Part shown: one piece after another, positions 48,709-58,500 of the stretch
Layout: each line of letters starts with the position of its first letter
Numbering within the stretch: position 1 is the first letter of the stretch
Source: Candidatus Pacearchaeota archaeon
Lineage (GTDB): Archaea > Nanobdellota > Nanobdellia > Pacearchaeales > GW2011-AR1
Direction of reading: 5' to 3'
DNA length: 64,000 bases
Assembly (NCBI GenBank): GCA_018303995.1
Contig: JAGVXB010000013.1
Span: 27,490 to 91,489, forward strand
Notes under the pieces: model-generated
Told to the model about the DNA's origin: nothing
Seen by the model: only the letters and a program-made list of their open reading frames with translations
The model's database searches: none
Made by a program: the position numbers and the translations under genes

Positions 48709-50658
48709 TTATGTTTCAATACTTCTACACCAGCTTCCAGCTTTGACGCTTACGGCGTTGCTTGTCTCGCTTTTTACATTTAATGTGAAAGTTCCTGTGC
48801 TTGATGTAATAGCATAAACATACAGTCTATTTGGAGTAACTGTTGTTCCAGAACTTGATGTGGGCAAGCAAGTCAAAGTCGCGGTAGTTCCTTGACATAT
48901 CGCTTGCGCAGTTACAGAAGAATAATACTCCATAACTTGCCTTTGAGACGAAGTTCCAGTCAAAACAGAATCATAGTGAACCCCAGTACCTGTTGCAGCA
49001 GAATCCTGGAGCAATATGCATTCAATCATTATATCTCGTCCAGAAACTAATGGCAAAGTCAAAACATCAACATAATTTACATTATCTGTTGTAGACACAT
49101 CTGAAGTAGTCATGTTAAAAGTTGTAAAGCTCACCCCACTCCCAGCGCCGGTTAAATCAGAACCACAATTAACTGTCCCATTAGCCAAAACACTTACTAC
49201 CTTATCTGTTCCAGAACAAGAAGAAGTTGGAAAAGTAGAACTATTCAAACTTCCAAAATAAAACTGTGCAGAAACATTTCCACCAACAGATATATTATTT
49301 GAAACATCCAAATCCTTAAACCAACCTTTAAGCCATCTTTTTGCCGAGTTACCAAGACTCTGAATAACATTTGTTAATGGATTTAAATCACTTGAAACTC
49401 CGGATGTTAAATTAGAAACCCATAATGGGTCAGACTCTGAACCTGCAGGAGGTGTGATACAAGTAAATGTCCCATTACCTAAAGTCCCATTAACTACCAA
49501 TCCAACAGGACACTGTTGATTAATAATATTTGCATACGTCCCATTGTAAGTTGAAAGATAACTTGCATTATTAATCAACCCAGCATAAGTTACATTGTAA
49601 GTTGAACTCCAAATTGCCTGATTAGAAATTATATAGTCCCATAATGAAGAGTTTGTTGTTAATATCAAGCTAGTTTCATTATAAACACTTAAACCACTAG
49701 AGTTTACAAAACCTGCAGGGTTTAATATTGAATAATACAAAATATCAGTTAGTGACTGATTAAAACTCGAATTTCCCGCACTGACTCCTGAGATTAAACT
49801 ATCAATTTCAGTTCTATTATAAAAACCAAGAGACATAATATTAGTAGTCCTATTCACACTAACAATTAGAGCAGTATCATTATATCTCTGATCCACTTGA
49901 GAAAGTTTAGAGTTTATAGCACCCCATAAAGTGGAATTTTCAGAAACAAAAATAGGGTCGCTCTCACTTCCAGCAGGTAAATTAGTAAGCAAGCTCCCAT
50001 CTCCTTCAAAGTAAGATGCACTCACATTTCCAGTAACATCAACATTATTAGAAACATCCAAATCAACAGCAAACAACTTAGTAATTCTATTAGCCAACGA
50101 ACCAAGAAATCCGAAAAGTCCAGTATGAACAGTAGTTATATTTCCAGAAAATGTTTCAGACTGATTTTTCAAAGCATAATTTGTTAAATCAGAACTCGTC
50201 CCATTGCCCAAGTCATCAGTTTCACATTCAACACTTCCATTAGAATAAATCAACCTTATTGAACTCCCAGAAGGACACGAATTTATCAATGATAAATTAA
50301 CAAAAGAAATATTGTTAATATAACCGACAGATGACTGAAACTCAATCCTTTCATTTCCATCAAAATCTACATCTTCCCCATTAATTTCATAATCTTTCCA
50401 ATATCTCACACCGTATTCAATCGCAGGATTTATCATTAAATTCCATGAACCATTAACAATAGCACCAGAAGTAGTAGAACTAAAAATAAGATTTCCCGCA
50501 GTAATATCATCATACACAGCAATAGTTAGATTTCCACTATCGAGCAAAGAACCAGAAAGATTTCTTACACTAGTTCCCTGATCTGAAATTAAAAAAGCGG
50601 AAGCTATACTAAAAAAAGACATTAACAACAGTAAAAACAAAAAGAACTTTTTAATCAT
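48709..50658 (-). CDS. Secreted Asn/Ser/Thr-rich fibre-like surface protein
   Basis: Signal peptide, many NxS/T sequons, repeated GSESDP and STYNxTYA units, CxxG...NGxVxC units. Confidence 0.8.
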   Translation of the reverse strand: MIKKFFLFLLLLMSFFSIASAFLISDQGTSVRNLSGSLLDSGNLTIAVYDDITAGNLIFSSTTSGAIVNGSWNLMINPAIEYGVRYWKDYEINGEDVDFDGNERIEFQSSVGYINNISFVNLSLINSCPSGSSIRLIYSNGSVECETDDLGNGTSSDLTNYALKNQSETFSGNITTVHTGLFGFLGSLANRITKLFAVDLDVSNNVDVTGNVSASYFEGDGSLLTNLPAGSESDPIFVSENSTLWGAINSKLSQVDQRYNDTALIVSVNRTTNIMSLGFYNRTEIDSLISGVSAGNSSFNQSLTDILYYSILNPAGFVNSSGLSVYNETSLILTTNSSLWDYIISNQAIWSSTYNVTYAGLINNASYLSTYNGTYANIINQQCPVGLVVNGTLGNGTFTCITPPAGSESDPLWVSNLTSGVSSDLNPLTNVIQSLGNSAKRWLKGWFKDLDVSNNISVGGNVSAQFYFGSLNSSTFPTSSCSGTDKVVSVLANGTVNCGSDLTGAGSGVSFTTFNMTTSDVSTTDNVNYVDVLTLPLVSGRDIMIECILLQDSAATGTGVHYDSVLTGTSSQRQVMEYYSSVTAQAICQGTTATLTCLPTSSSGTTVTPNRLYVYAITSSTGTFTLNVKSETSNAVSVKAGSWCRSIET

Positions 50659-50810
50659 TTTTCACTCTCCACTTTAAGCAAATCTATTAGTGCCTTATTT
50701 ATTGAAATAGAACGAGGAATCTTATCTTTCCATTTTTCCCAAATATCTGTAGGAACTTCCAGCAAAAACGTCTTAACCTCTCTCTTAATCTTACTTTTAT
50801 CTGAAGTCAT
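50655..50810 (-). CDS. 51-aa RHH-like protein heading the surface-protein operon
   Basis: Not in the ORF track: MTSDKSKIKREVKTFLLEVPTDIWEKWKDKIPRSISINKALIDLLKVESEK; ATGA overlap with the 649-aa gene. Confidence 0.72.
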   Translation of the reverse strand: MTSDKSKIKREVKTFLLEVPTDIWEKWKDKIPRSISINKALIDLLKVESEK

Positions 50811-50811
50811 T

Positions 50812-50881
50812 TTACTTAGTAACTATTATAAGCACTTATCTTAAGTAATTATAAGTTAACAATAATAACCTTTACTTAGTA
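50812..50881. promoter_or_regulatory. Cluster of ACTTA/TAAGT half-sites (TTACTTAGTAA, ACTTA-tct-TAAGT, TTACTTAGTA)
   Basis: Visible; the same motif recurs at 62928-62963. Confidence 0.6.
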
Positions 50882-50938
50882 TTTAAACACTTCGCGAGTA
50901 TAGACAATCTATTTAAACAATCAAAACATCACATATAA

Positions 50939-51835
50939 ATGAACTTTGAAATCGTCTGCCTAGGAACAGGAAGCGCAATTCCAAGCATAAAAAAGAATCA
51001 CAGTGGCTTTCTAATAAAAACAGAAAGAGAAAAAATATTAATAGACTGTGGAGAAGGCATTCAAAGACAATTTAAACATGCAAACGAAAACCCTACAAAA
51101 TTAACAAAAATATTAATAACTCATTGGCACGAAGACCATACTCTAGGTTTAGCAGGCCTTCTAAAAACGATGGGAATGAACAATTATGCACAAGTTCTTC
51201 ATATTTACGGCCCAAGACACACAAATGAAAAAATAGAACTATTCCAAAGAATTTATTCCAGATACAAAATAAAAATAGAAATTCACGAAATATCCTCCAG
51301 CACAGTATATGAAGACAAACAAATCAAAATAGAAGCAGCTCAAATGGACCATGGTGTTCCAACATTAGCATATAGCCTAATAATAAAAGACCAAACACGA
51401 ATAGACAAAGCTAAACTAAAAAAACTAAAACTTCCAAACTCTCCATTAATCGGACAGCTTCAACAAGGCAAAGATATCGTTTTCAACAATAAAAAAATAA
51501 AAGCTAAAAGCGTAACCTACACTCAAAAAGGAAAAAAGGTAACTATAGTCTTAGACACTGCATTCAACGACAATGCAATAGAATTAGCAAAAGACTCTGA
51601 TCTCCTAATTTGCGAGTCAACATATTCAGCAGAAGAAACCGAACACGCCAAAGAATACAAACACCTCACAACAACAGAAGCAGCAACAATTGCAAAGAAA
51701 GCAAAAGTAAAACAGTTAGCATTAGTCCACCTCTCGGAAAAACATGCACATCTTTCACATGTCCTATTAAAAGAAGCCAAAAAAGTGTTCAAAAATACAA
51801 GTATCCCAGACGATTTAGCAATCTTGAAAGTTTAA
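50939..51835 (+). CDS. rnz: Ribonuclease Z
   Basis: LGTGSAIP, DCGEG, THWHEDH, ICESTY, YKHLT. Confidence 0.92.
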   Translation: MNFEIVCLGTGSAIPSIKKNHSGFLIKTEREKILIDCGEGIQRQFKHANENPTKLTKILITHWHEDHTLGLAGLLKTMGMNNYAQVLHIYGPRHTNEKIELFQRIYSRYKIKIEIHEISSSTVYEDKQIKIEAAQMDHGVPTLAYSLIIKDQTRIDKAKLKKLKLPNSPLIGQLQQGKDIVFNNKKIKAKSVTYTQKGKKVTIVLDTAFNDNAIELAKDSDLLICESTYSAEETEHAKEYKHLTTTEAATIAKKAKVKQLALVHLSEKHAHLSHVLLKEAKKVFKNTSIPDDLAILKV

Positions 51836-52233
51836 GGATTAATTCTCTTAAAAACATAAGTTTTATTTTCAAAATCTAAATACATTCTTTCTTGTCTCAT
51901 AGCGGTTCCAATTAGGTCCAAATATTCAACTAAAGTTTGATAAAATGTTTTTTTATCTATAGGAATAGAAAGTGGACTCCATAAAAAATCCAATAAATAA
52001 ACTTCTTCTTTGTATATCCCTTTAGAAGTATTCATTACAAGTTTACCATTAGAGATTATGCAAGATATAGATTTCATATCTTTAGAGGCTATTTCATTAT
52101 GTGTTTTTTCAACAATGTTTGTAATTTGCCCTAAACTAAACTTTTCTTTTCCAGAATAACCTACTTTTGATCCGCAAGTAATAGTTCCTTTCAAAGTTTC
52201 TGCTTCTGTTTCTTTTTGATAGTTTTTAACCAT
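51832..52233 (-). CDS. Hypothetical protein
   Basis: ORF with atypical composition. Confidence 0.6.
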   Translation of the reverse strand: MVKNYQKETEAETLKGTITCGSKVGYSGKEKFSLGQITNIVEKTHNEIASKDMKSISCIISNGKLVMNTSKGIYKEEVYLLDFLWSPLSIPIDKKTFYQTLVEYLDLIGTAMRQERMYLDFENKTYVFKRINP

Positions 52234-52338
52234 AAATTAAGATAAGATTAAGGCTATTTATTGTTAACTAAAATTATTTAACAAACTCCCAAGTAAAAAA
52301 ACAAAAACAATTTCTAGCTAATTAACACAATAAAAGAA

Positions 52339-52569
52339 TCAAGCAGGAGAAATAAAGATAATTGTGTCCCCGCGCAAGAAAGTAGGGCCGTAATTTCTCT
52401 TTAGTTCGCCATTTAACATTTCCTTGGCGTTGTCAAGGACTATATTGATATGTATATCAAAAGCCTTTAACACTCCAGAGAACTGTCTGTCGTTCTTTAA
52501 CTGCACGATAACCTCTTTACCTTTTGAGTTGTTCAAAAGATCCAGCGGTCTCTCAATGACGTTTGCCAT
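52339..52569 (-). CDS. Sm-like (LSm) protein (start corrected to MANVIERP)
   Basis: RPLDLL, GVLKAFDIHINIVL, LRGDTI. Confidence 0.95.
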   Translation of the reverse strand: MANVIERPLDLLNNSKGKEVIVQLKNDRQFSGVLKAFDIHINIVLDNAKEMLNGELKRNYGPTFLRGDTIIFISPA

Positions 52570-52884
52570 AATTTCATTTGTACAAAGAGAGTATTTAAAG
52601 ATTATGCAAATCAAAAAACATATTCTTTGTTTTTTGGATGCTCGACGTGCTCTCCAGAGTTACAAGAAACACGTCGACATGTCAAATCTATTTAGTAACT
52701 TACAATAAATATCCAACATAAAAACCATAACAACAACCGCTTATTTTTATTATAACTCTTCATATTTATATCAAATCATTAATTTATAGTTTTTAGAAAC
52801 CATTAAAATTATTACAAAAAAATAATTTTAATTCTGCGAATATCAATTCGCAAGGTTTAAAAACAATCATTTGAAAAACAATAT

Positions 52885-53244
52885 ATGAATCACGGAAGAA
52901 AAACAACAGGCGGAAAATATCATTCTAATAGAAAGAGAAAATGGTATGAACACCAATCTCAAGAAAATGAGACATCACTAGGAGAAACAAAGAGCAAGAT
53001 AGTTCGTAAAAGAGGAAACCATAAAAAAGCAATTCTTCTAAAATCTAACAAAGCAAACCTCGTAATAGGTAAAAAGACTGAACAAGTCGAAATAAAAAAC
53101 GTTCTGCAGACTCCTCAAAACATTTTCTTAGCTCGTCAAAACCGCTTAATAAAAGGAGCAATAATACAAACATCTAAAGGCAAAGCAAGAATCACAAACC
53201 GCCCAAGTAGAGAAGGCGTAATAAATGCAATTCTAACAGAATAA
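52885..53244 (+). CDS. rps8e: 30S ribosomal protein S8e
   Basis: GRKTTGG, KGAIIQT, ARITNRPSREGVINA. Confidence 0.95.
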   Translation: MNHGRKTTGGKYHSNRKRKWYEHQSQENETSLGETKSKIVRKRGNHKKAILLKSNKANLVIGKKTEQVEIKNVLQTPQNIFLARQNRLIKGAIIQTSKGKARITNRPSREGVINAILTE

Positions 53245-53246
53245 AA

Positions 53247-53570
53247 ATGAATACAAGAAAATATGAATATGTGGGGAGAATTTTAGATACCCTTAATTTA
53301 AATGTAGGTGAAGGTTTAAGGAATGTAGAAGGAAGACTCATTAAATTACCAGAAAGAGATTTAATAAATATAGAAAGAATAACTTCTCAATATTCAGATG
53401 TTTTTAGAGGAGCTACTGGAGATGAAGCAAGACAATTAGCGGACAGATTTATTCTTTTCCTTGAAACCAAGACAACTCGTGGAAAGCCGGTAGATGGCAC
53501 AGATTTAGAAATTGAGTGCTTAGAACCACCGCAACCAGTAATTGCAGAAATACCTTACAATAATCCATAA
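53247..53570 (+). CDS. Hypothetical protein
   Basis: ORF 2 nt after rps8e. Confidence 0.6.
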   Translation: MNTRKYEYVGRILDTLNLNVGEGLRNVEGRLIKLPERDLINIERITSQYSDVFRGATGDEARQLADRFILFLETKTTRGKPVDGTDLEIECLEPPQPVIAEIPYNNP

Positions 53571-53666
53571 ATGCGATATCGCAGAAAATCAAGAAATCCT
53601 AAAAACGATCAATCCAAAGCTTTAAATACTCTCGTGTAAAAAAGTACTTTATAAACCTTTCGCCCC

Positions 53667-54608
53667 ATGAATTTTGTTAAACGTTGCCCAGAGTGTAATA
53701 GTATAAATCTCACACATGATGACCAAAAAGGAGAGATCATTTGTGGAGACTGCGGACTAATTATCGAAGATAAAATGGTCGACACCGGGCAAGATGTCGG
53801 AGGCCAATTTGACAAATCTGAAAAGAAAGGCAGAGGCGGAGCTCCTATGTCCAGGCAGAAATTTGACCAAGGACTTACAACAAACATTGGAGAAATATCT
53901 GATATTTACAAATTAGAAGCAGGCCAAACAAGAAAATTCTTAAGACTCAAAAAATGGCAAGAAAGAGTTTCCACATCAATTGAAAGAAACCTAAGATTAG
54001 CAATGGCTGAATTAAGGCGAGTCTCCTCATTCCTCACATTACCATCAGTAGTTAGAGACGAAGCATCCAGAGTCTATCAGTTCGTCTTACAGAGAGGCCT
54101 AGTTCGCGGAAGAAGCATGGAATCAGTAATAGCAGCCTGTATTTACGCAGCATGCCGTTCTTACAACATCCCTAGAACTTTAGATGAAATAGCAAACGCT
54201 TCAGATGTAGCAAGAAAAGAAATAGGCAGAACTTACCGATTCATTATAAGAAAATTAGGAATTAAAGTTAAACCAAGTTCTCCAAAAGATTATATCTCTA
54301 GATTCTCTTCAATCTTACACCTAAGCCCACATGCTCAAAATGAAGCAATAAAGATCCTAAAGAAAGCCGACATCTCAGAATTAACATCAGGCAGAGGTCC
54401 AGCAGGAATCGCGGCAGCAGCCCTTTACGTCTCAGCCTTAATGAACGACGAAAAGAAGACTCAAAGAGAAGTCGCAGACGTAGCAGGAATCACAGAAGTC
54501 ACAATCAGAAACCGTTACAAAGAACTCATAGACCGTTTAGGCATAGAGGACAAGCTAAAGCTTAAAGAAGCAGAATCAAAAACAGCGAAACAAAAAGCAC
54601 AACAATAA
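53667..54608 (+). CDS. tfb: Transcription initiation factor IIB (TFB)
   Basis: CPEC...CGDCG Zn ribbon, RGRSME, GRGPAG, ITEVTIRNRYKE. Confidence 0.98.
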   Translation: MNFVKRCPECNSINLTHDDQKGEIICGDCGLIIEDKMVDTGQDVGGQFDKSEKKGRGGAPMSRQKFDQGLTTNIGEISDIYKLEAGQTRKFLRLKKWQERVSTSIERNLRLAMAELRRVSSFLTLPSVVRDEASRVYQFVLQRGLVRGRSMESVIAACIYAACRSYNIPRTLDEIANASDVARKEIGRTYRFIIRKLGIKVKPSSPKDYISRFSSILHLSPHAQNEAIKILKKADISELTSGRGPAGIAAAALYVSALMNDEKKTQREVADVAGITEVTIRNRYKELIDRLGIEDKLKLKEAESKTAKQKAQQ

Positions 54609-54678
54609 AAAATAAGAATTATCTTTTTTAAGTAGTGACAATACGAAGATTTAAAAACCCTAAAATTTCAATATTTAT

Positions 54679-55560
54679 ATGAGTCTATTAAAACAAATAG
54701 TAAAATCTGGCATTGCAGCAGCAGCAATAGGAATATCTGGAGCTTGTAGCACTGCAAAATATCTTGATTCTTCACAATTTTTATCAGATCATAGCATGAA
54801 AAGCGTAAGTTCAGATAGAGACGCAAGATATTCTCTAGACGTAGTCGCAATGGCCGGAAAAGAATATCTTGTAAAAAATGCTATAATTAAAAGACAAAAC
54901 GAAGCAGATAAAGTTTTCTACCCATTAGAGAATTCATGGTTAAATCAAGACCTTAACAAAGAAAAGATAGACTTAGAAAGAAATACAATATTTGTTCCAA
55001 TTCAATGGGATGGCAATGGAGATGGCATTCCAGAAGATGAAATGAAATTTGCAGTATCTGGCCTTTATCAAGTAAAAGCAAATGTCAAACCAAAAAATCT
55101 AGATAGTCTATTAAGCACTAGAACAATTACACAAGAAGACTTACCTTACAATATTAAAACAGTTCAAATATCTAAAGACGATAAAAGTATATTTTATGTA
55201 GGAGCAATATTAGATGAAAATAATCGTGTAAAAGACACTTTAATTGTACCTGTAGAAGGTTCAAGAGTTTTAGTTAACACAAGCACAGGCCAAATAAGAG
55301 TTGTGAATCCTGGAAAAATCTATATTTTAACAGAAAAACCTATTGAAGTTTATAGACAAGAAAGAGACGCCTATCGACAAGAACTAATGGTTGCAATAGC
55401 AGAAAGAGACGCAGAAAATGCGAAAAAAGCTAAAGAAGAAGCAGAAAAAGCAAAACTATTAGAAGAAGCACAAAAAACTAATGGAACCATTCCCGCCATT
55501 GAAGTTCCTGAAAAAGTAGTGATTCCAGTTCCCTCAAAAGAAGAATCTCCTAAAAAGTAA
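54679..55560 (+). CDS. Putative lipoprotein
   Basis: Lipobox-like ISGAC after a hydrophobic stretch; DGNGDG motif. Confidence 0.65.
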   Translation: MSLLKQIVKSGIAAAAIGISGACSTAKYLDSSQFLSDHSMKSVSSDRDARYSLDVVAMAGKEYLVKNAIIKRQNEADKVFYPLENSWLNQDLNKEKIDLERNTIFVPIQWDGNGDGIPEDEMKFAVSGLYQVKANVKPKNLDSLLSTRTITQEDLPYNIKTVQISKDDKSIFYVGAILDENNRVKDTLIVPVEGSRVLVNTSTGQIRVVNPGKIYILTEKPIEVYRQERDAYRQELMVAIAERDAENAKKAKEEAEKAKLLEEAQKTNGTIPAIEVPEKVVIPVPSKEESPKK

Positions 55561-55591
55561 TTTATCCTAAAATACTCTCAATTTCCAGTAT

Positions 55592-58500
55592 CTACAATTC
55601 AACTCTTCCACTTAAAGTATTTCCAACATCCAAATTATAACTACCTGTTTGAATCTGATCAACAGTAATAGTCTGCTCTTTAAATAACTCGTAAACTCCG
55701 TTAATTTCAAAAGCGTCATCAACTAAGTCTACATCACCCTTACCTTCAAATATAATTCTACCATCATCAACATGCCCAATTCTTCCAACATTATCAAAAA
55801 AGACCCCTTCTCCTATAATAAAAATTCCCGTGTTTTTCTGATCTGACTCTCCAACATTTACCCAAATATAATCTCTTCCAGTCTTAGGTTCTTTAACAAA
55901 GCTCAAAACCCTCTCCCCAGAAACGCCAGAAGCACTTTCAGCACCAGCAGAAGGAGTAACAGCAACAGCCGGAGCACCACTAACCTTCGCACCACCAATA
56001 GAATTCTTAAACATATTTTCATAAACGGTAGCCTTCGATAATAATATTTCTGCTTTATCCTCATTCCAAAATGCATTATCAAACAAATCATCCAAATCTT
56101 TCAAAATTAATCCAATCGTTGTCTCAGTTACTTGTCTTATTCTAACTTTTATTTCATCCAATTTAGTTTTTATATCTCCCTTACTCTTAAACTCACCACT
56201 CTCTTCAAAATTACTTTTCTGTATTGCATTTATCTCACTCAAAGTCTGATTTTTCAATCCAACATTTCCAGCCTCAATAGTCTTACTAACACTATTCTTA
56301 TCCAACCAACAACCCATTCTTGGACTTCCACAATCTCCAACTTTAACAAACCTAACTGGATCAGTCGCGCTTCCAGGATTCGAAGTAGCACAAATTCTAA
56401 CTATTCCTCTATTGTAAATTGCAGGATTCAAAGCCTCTTCTCCGACACTCTGCAAATTAGGATTCAACAAAGCAGCAGGGCTCACACTCCCAGAAACACA
56501 TTCACTTTCGGTAGTTATATCTGTTCGAGTGAGCTCATCACTAAGAATCGAATCTTTAACATAATCGACTGCAAAACTCGAGGAAACTTGTTTAAACCCG
56601 CACTCTTCTTTATCGTTAATTCGAACGCACAACTGCTTATATCCTTTAGGAGCAGTAAAGTCCTTACTCTCAGTAGCATACTGCCCTTTAGCAGCAAAAC
56701 CGTTAGCAACTACTACAACAGGATTTGATGAATATTGCACATCAGCAGGAGGGTCTTTCAAATAAACACTATACGAAACGCCTCTATCATTTCCAGCAAA
56801 TATATGATAGAACACTTTATACTGAGAAGTAGCAGGTACAGTAGCATCAGTAAAATCAATAGCACTATACCAAGCATGGAACTGTGCTGGCGAATCCGGT
56901 TCAACCAAAGTCTCAAATGTCTTAGGCCCTTTAACAGAAACAAAAGCCCTACAAACTTCAGTTCCTGCCTCTTCAACATTTCTTATCTTGAAAGCCTCAA
57001 AAGAATTAGCAGCATAATTCTGAGTAAAGTAACTAGCTGAATCTTCCATATTCTGCCAAGAATCCTTCACAGTCATATATTCTCCCCCTCCTCTAACATT
57101 ACCTTGTCCTCCAGTATACATATACTCAATTAATTTAGGTAATGCAGCCTTAGCTATAGGAGCCGCCTGTCTCCAGAAAAACTCACACATATAAACAGAA
57201 TTAATCTGGTCACAAATTCCAACATATTTCCCCGTATCTACAGCTTCCTGCAAACACTGCTGATGAGATTTAAGAATAGAAAGATAACCATCGATTCCGG
57301 CTTTCAATCCAGTCAAACAAACAGGCATTACAATCCCCTCTTTTATATTAGGCAAACAAAGCAACGCGCTTCCAATAATTCCAGACTGAATAACATCTGA
57401 AACGTAATAAGTGCCTCCTAAATTACATCTAGAAACAGGACATATTACAGGATCACAAACATTAAACAACAACTTACAATCTTCAGCGCTCATATAAGTT
57501 TGACACTGACTTCCAGGCAAAAGAGCCGCAGAATTACCAACATTAATCATATTCCCTCCTATCTTAACTGATTTCTTTCCATATTGCTGTGCAGCCTCCT
57601 CGAGTGCTCTAATTGCATCTGAAACAAGTTTCTTAGTATCACTTTCAGATAAACCAGGGAAACTAGTAAACGGCTGTCCAGTATAAATATTAAATTGAAC
57701 ACATTCATCGTCTCCATAATTTGGAGAATAAAATCCTATATACTTATCATCCATTACATTGCATACATAAAAACTAGAAGGTCTTCCATTTGACTCATAA
57801 GATTTAGTCTGTCCAAGAATAGGCAGTGATTGGGTAGTCACAGCATAAAACCCTCGTGTCAAATCAAATGGTACAACCGCAGGAGTTCCCTTATAAGGTT
57901 CAGTATCAAAATATCTTACAGTCAACTCACCAGGAGCAAACTGATTATTATATTTAGCAGAATTAATCAAATCAAAAGATGCAGGCAATTTACCAACATC
58001 TCTTTTCCAATTTTCAATCTTAGAACCAACAACCTTGTCATTTAACGAATAAACTTTATCGACAATATACTTATTATCCTTATCAGGATTAAAAGTAACT
58101 AAATAACTCTTACCATTTTCTCCCATAACTACTTGTGCAGGAGTATTCCCAGATAATTCAGCAGGAAAACCGGTAATGCTCTTACCTTTAAGTTTTTCTA
58201 CAGTATCTCCAGAATATTTGCCATGCGGCTTACCATCATCAATTGGATAAACACTTATTCCATTATACAATCCCTGTGTGTTTTCATATTTCTTTCTATC
58301 TTCAATAGATTTTCCAATTACAGACAAATCAGTTTTAGCTTTTTTAAGTCCCTGCTCACTATCAGCACTATTTACAGTCTGACAATTATAATAAATATCT
58401 CTTAATTGTGAATAACCATACTGTTTAACATTTTCATTATCTACTTTTTCAGGTAACAAACCAACAACATCCTTTTCAACATTTTCACTATTAAATTTCA

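Noticed and set aside
52570-52884. SRP RNA or RNase P RNA in the gap next to rps8e
   Set aside because: The region is too AT-rich and lacks the SRP helix-8 or RNase P conserved motifs; only one short hairpin is present.
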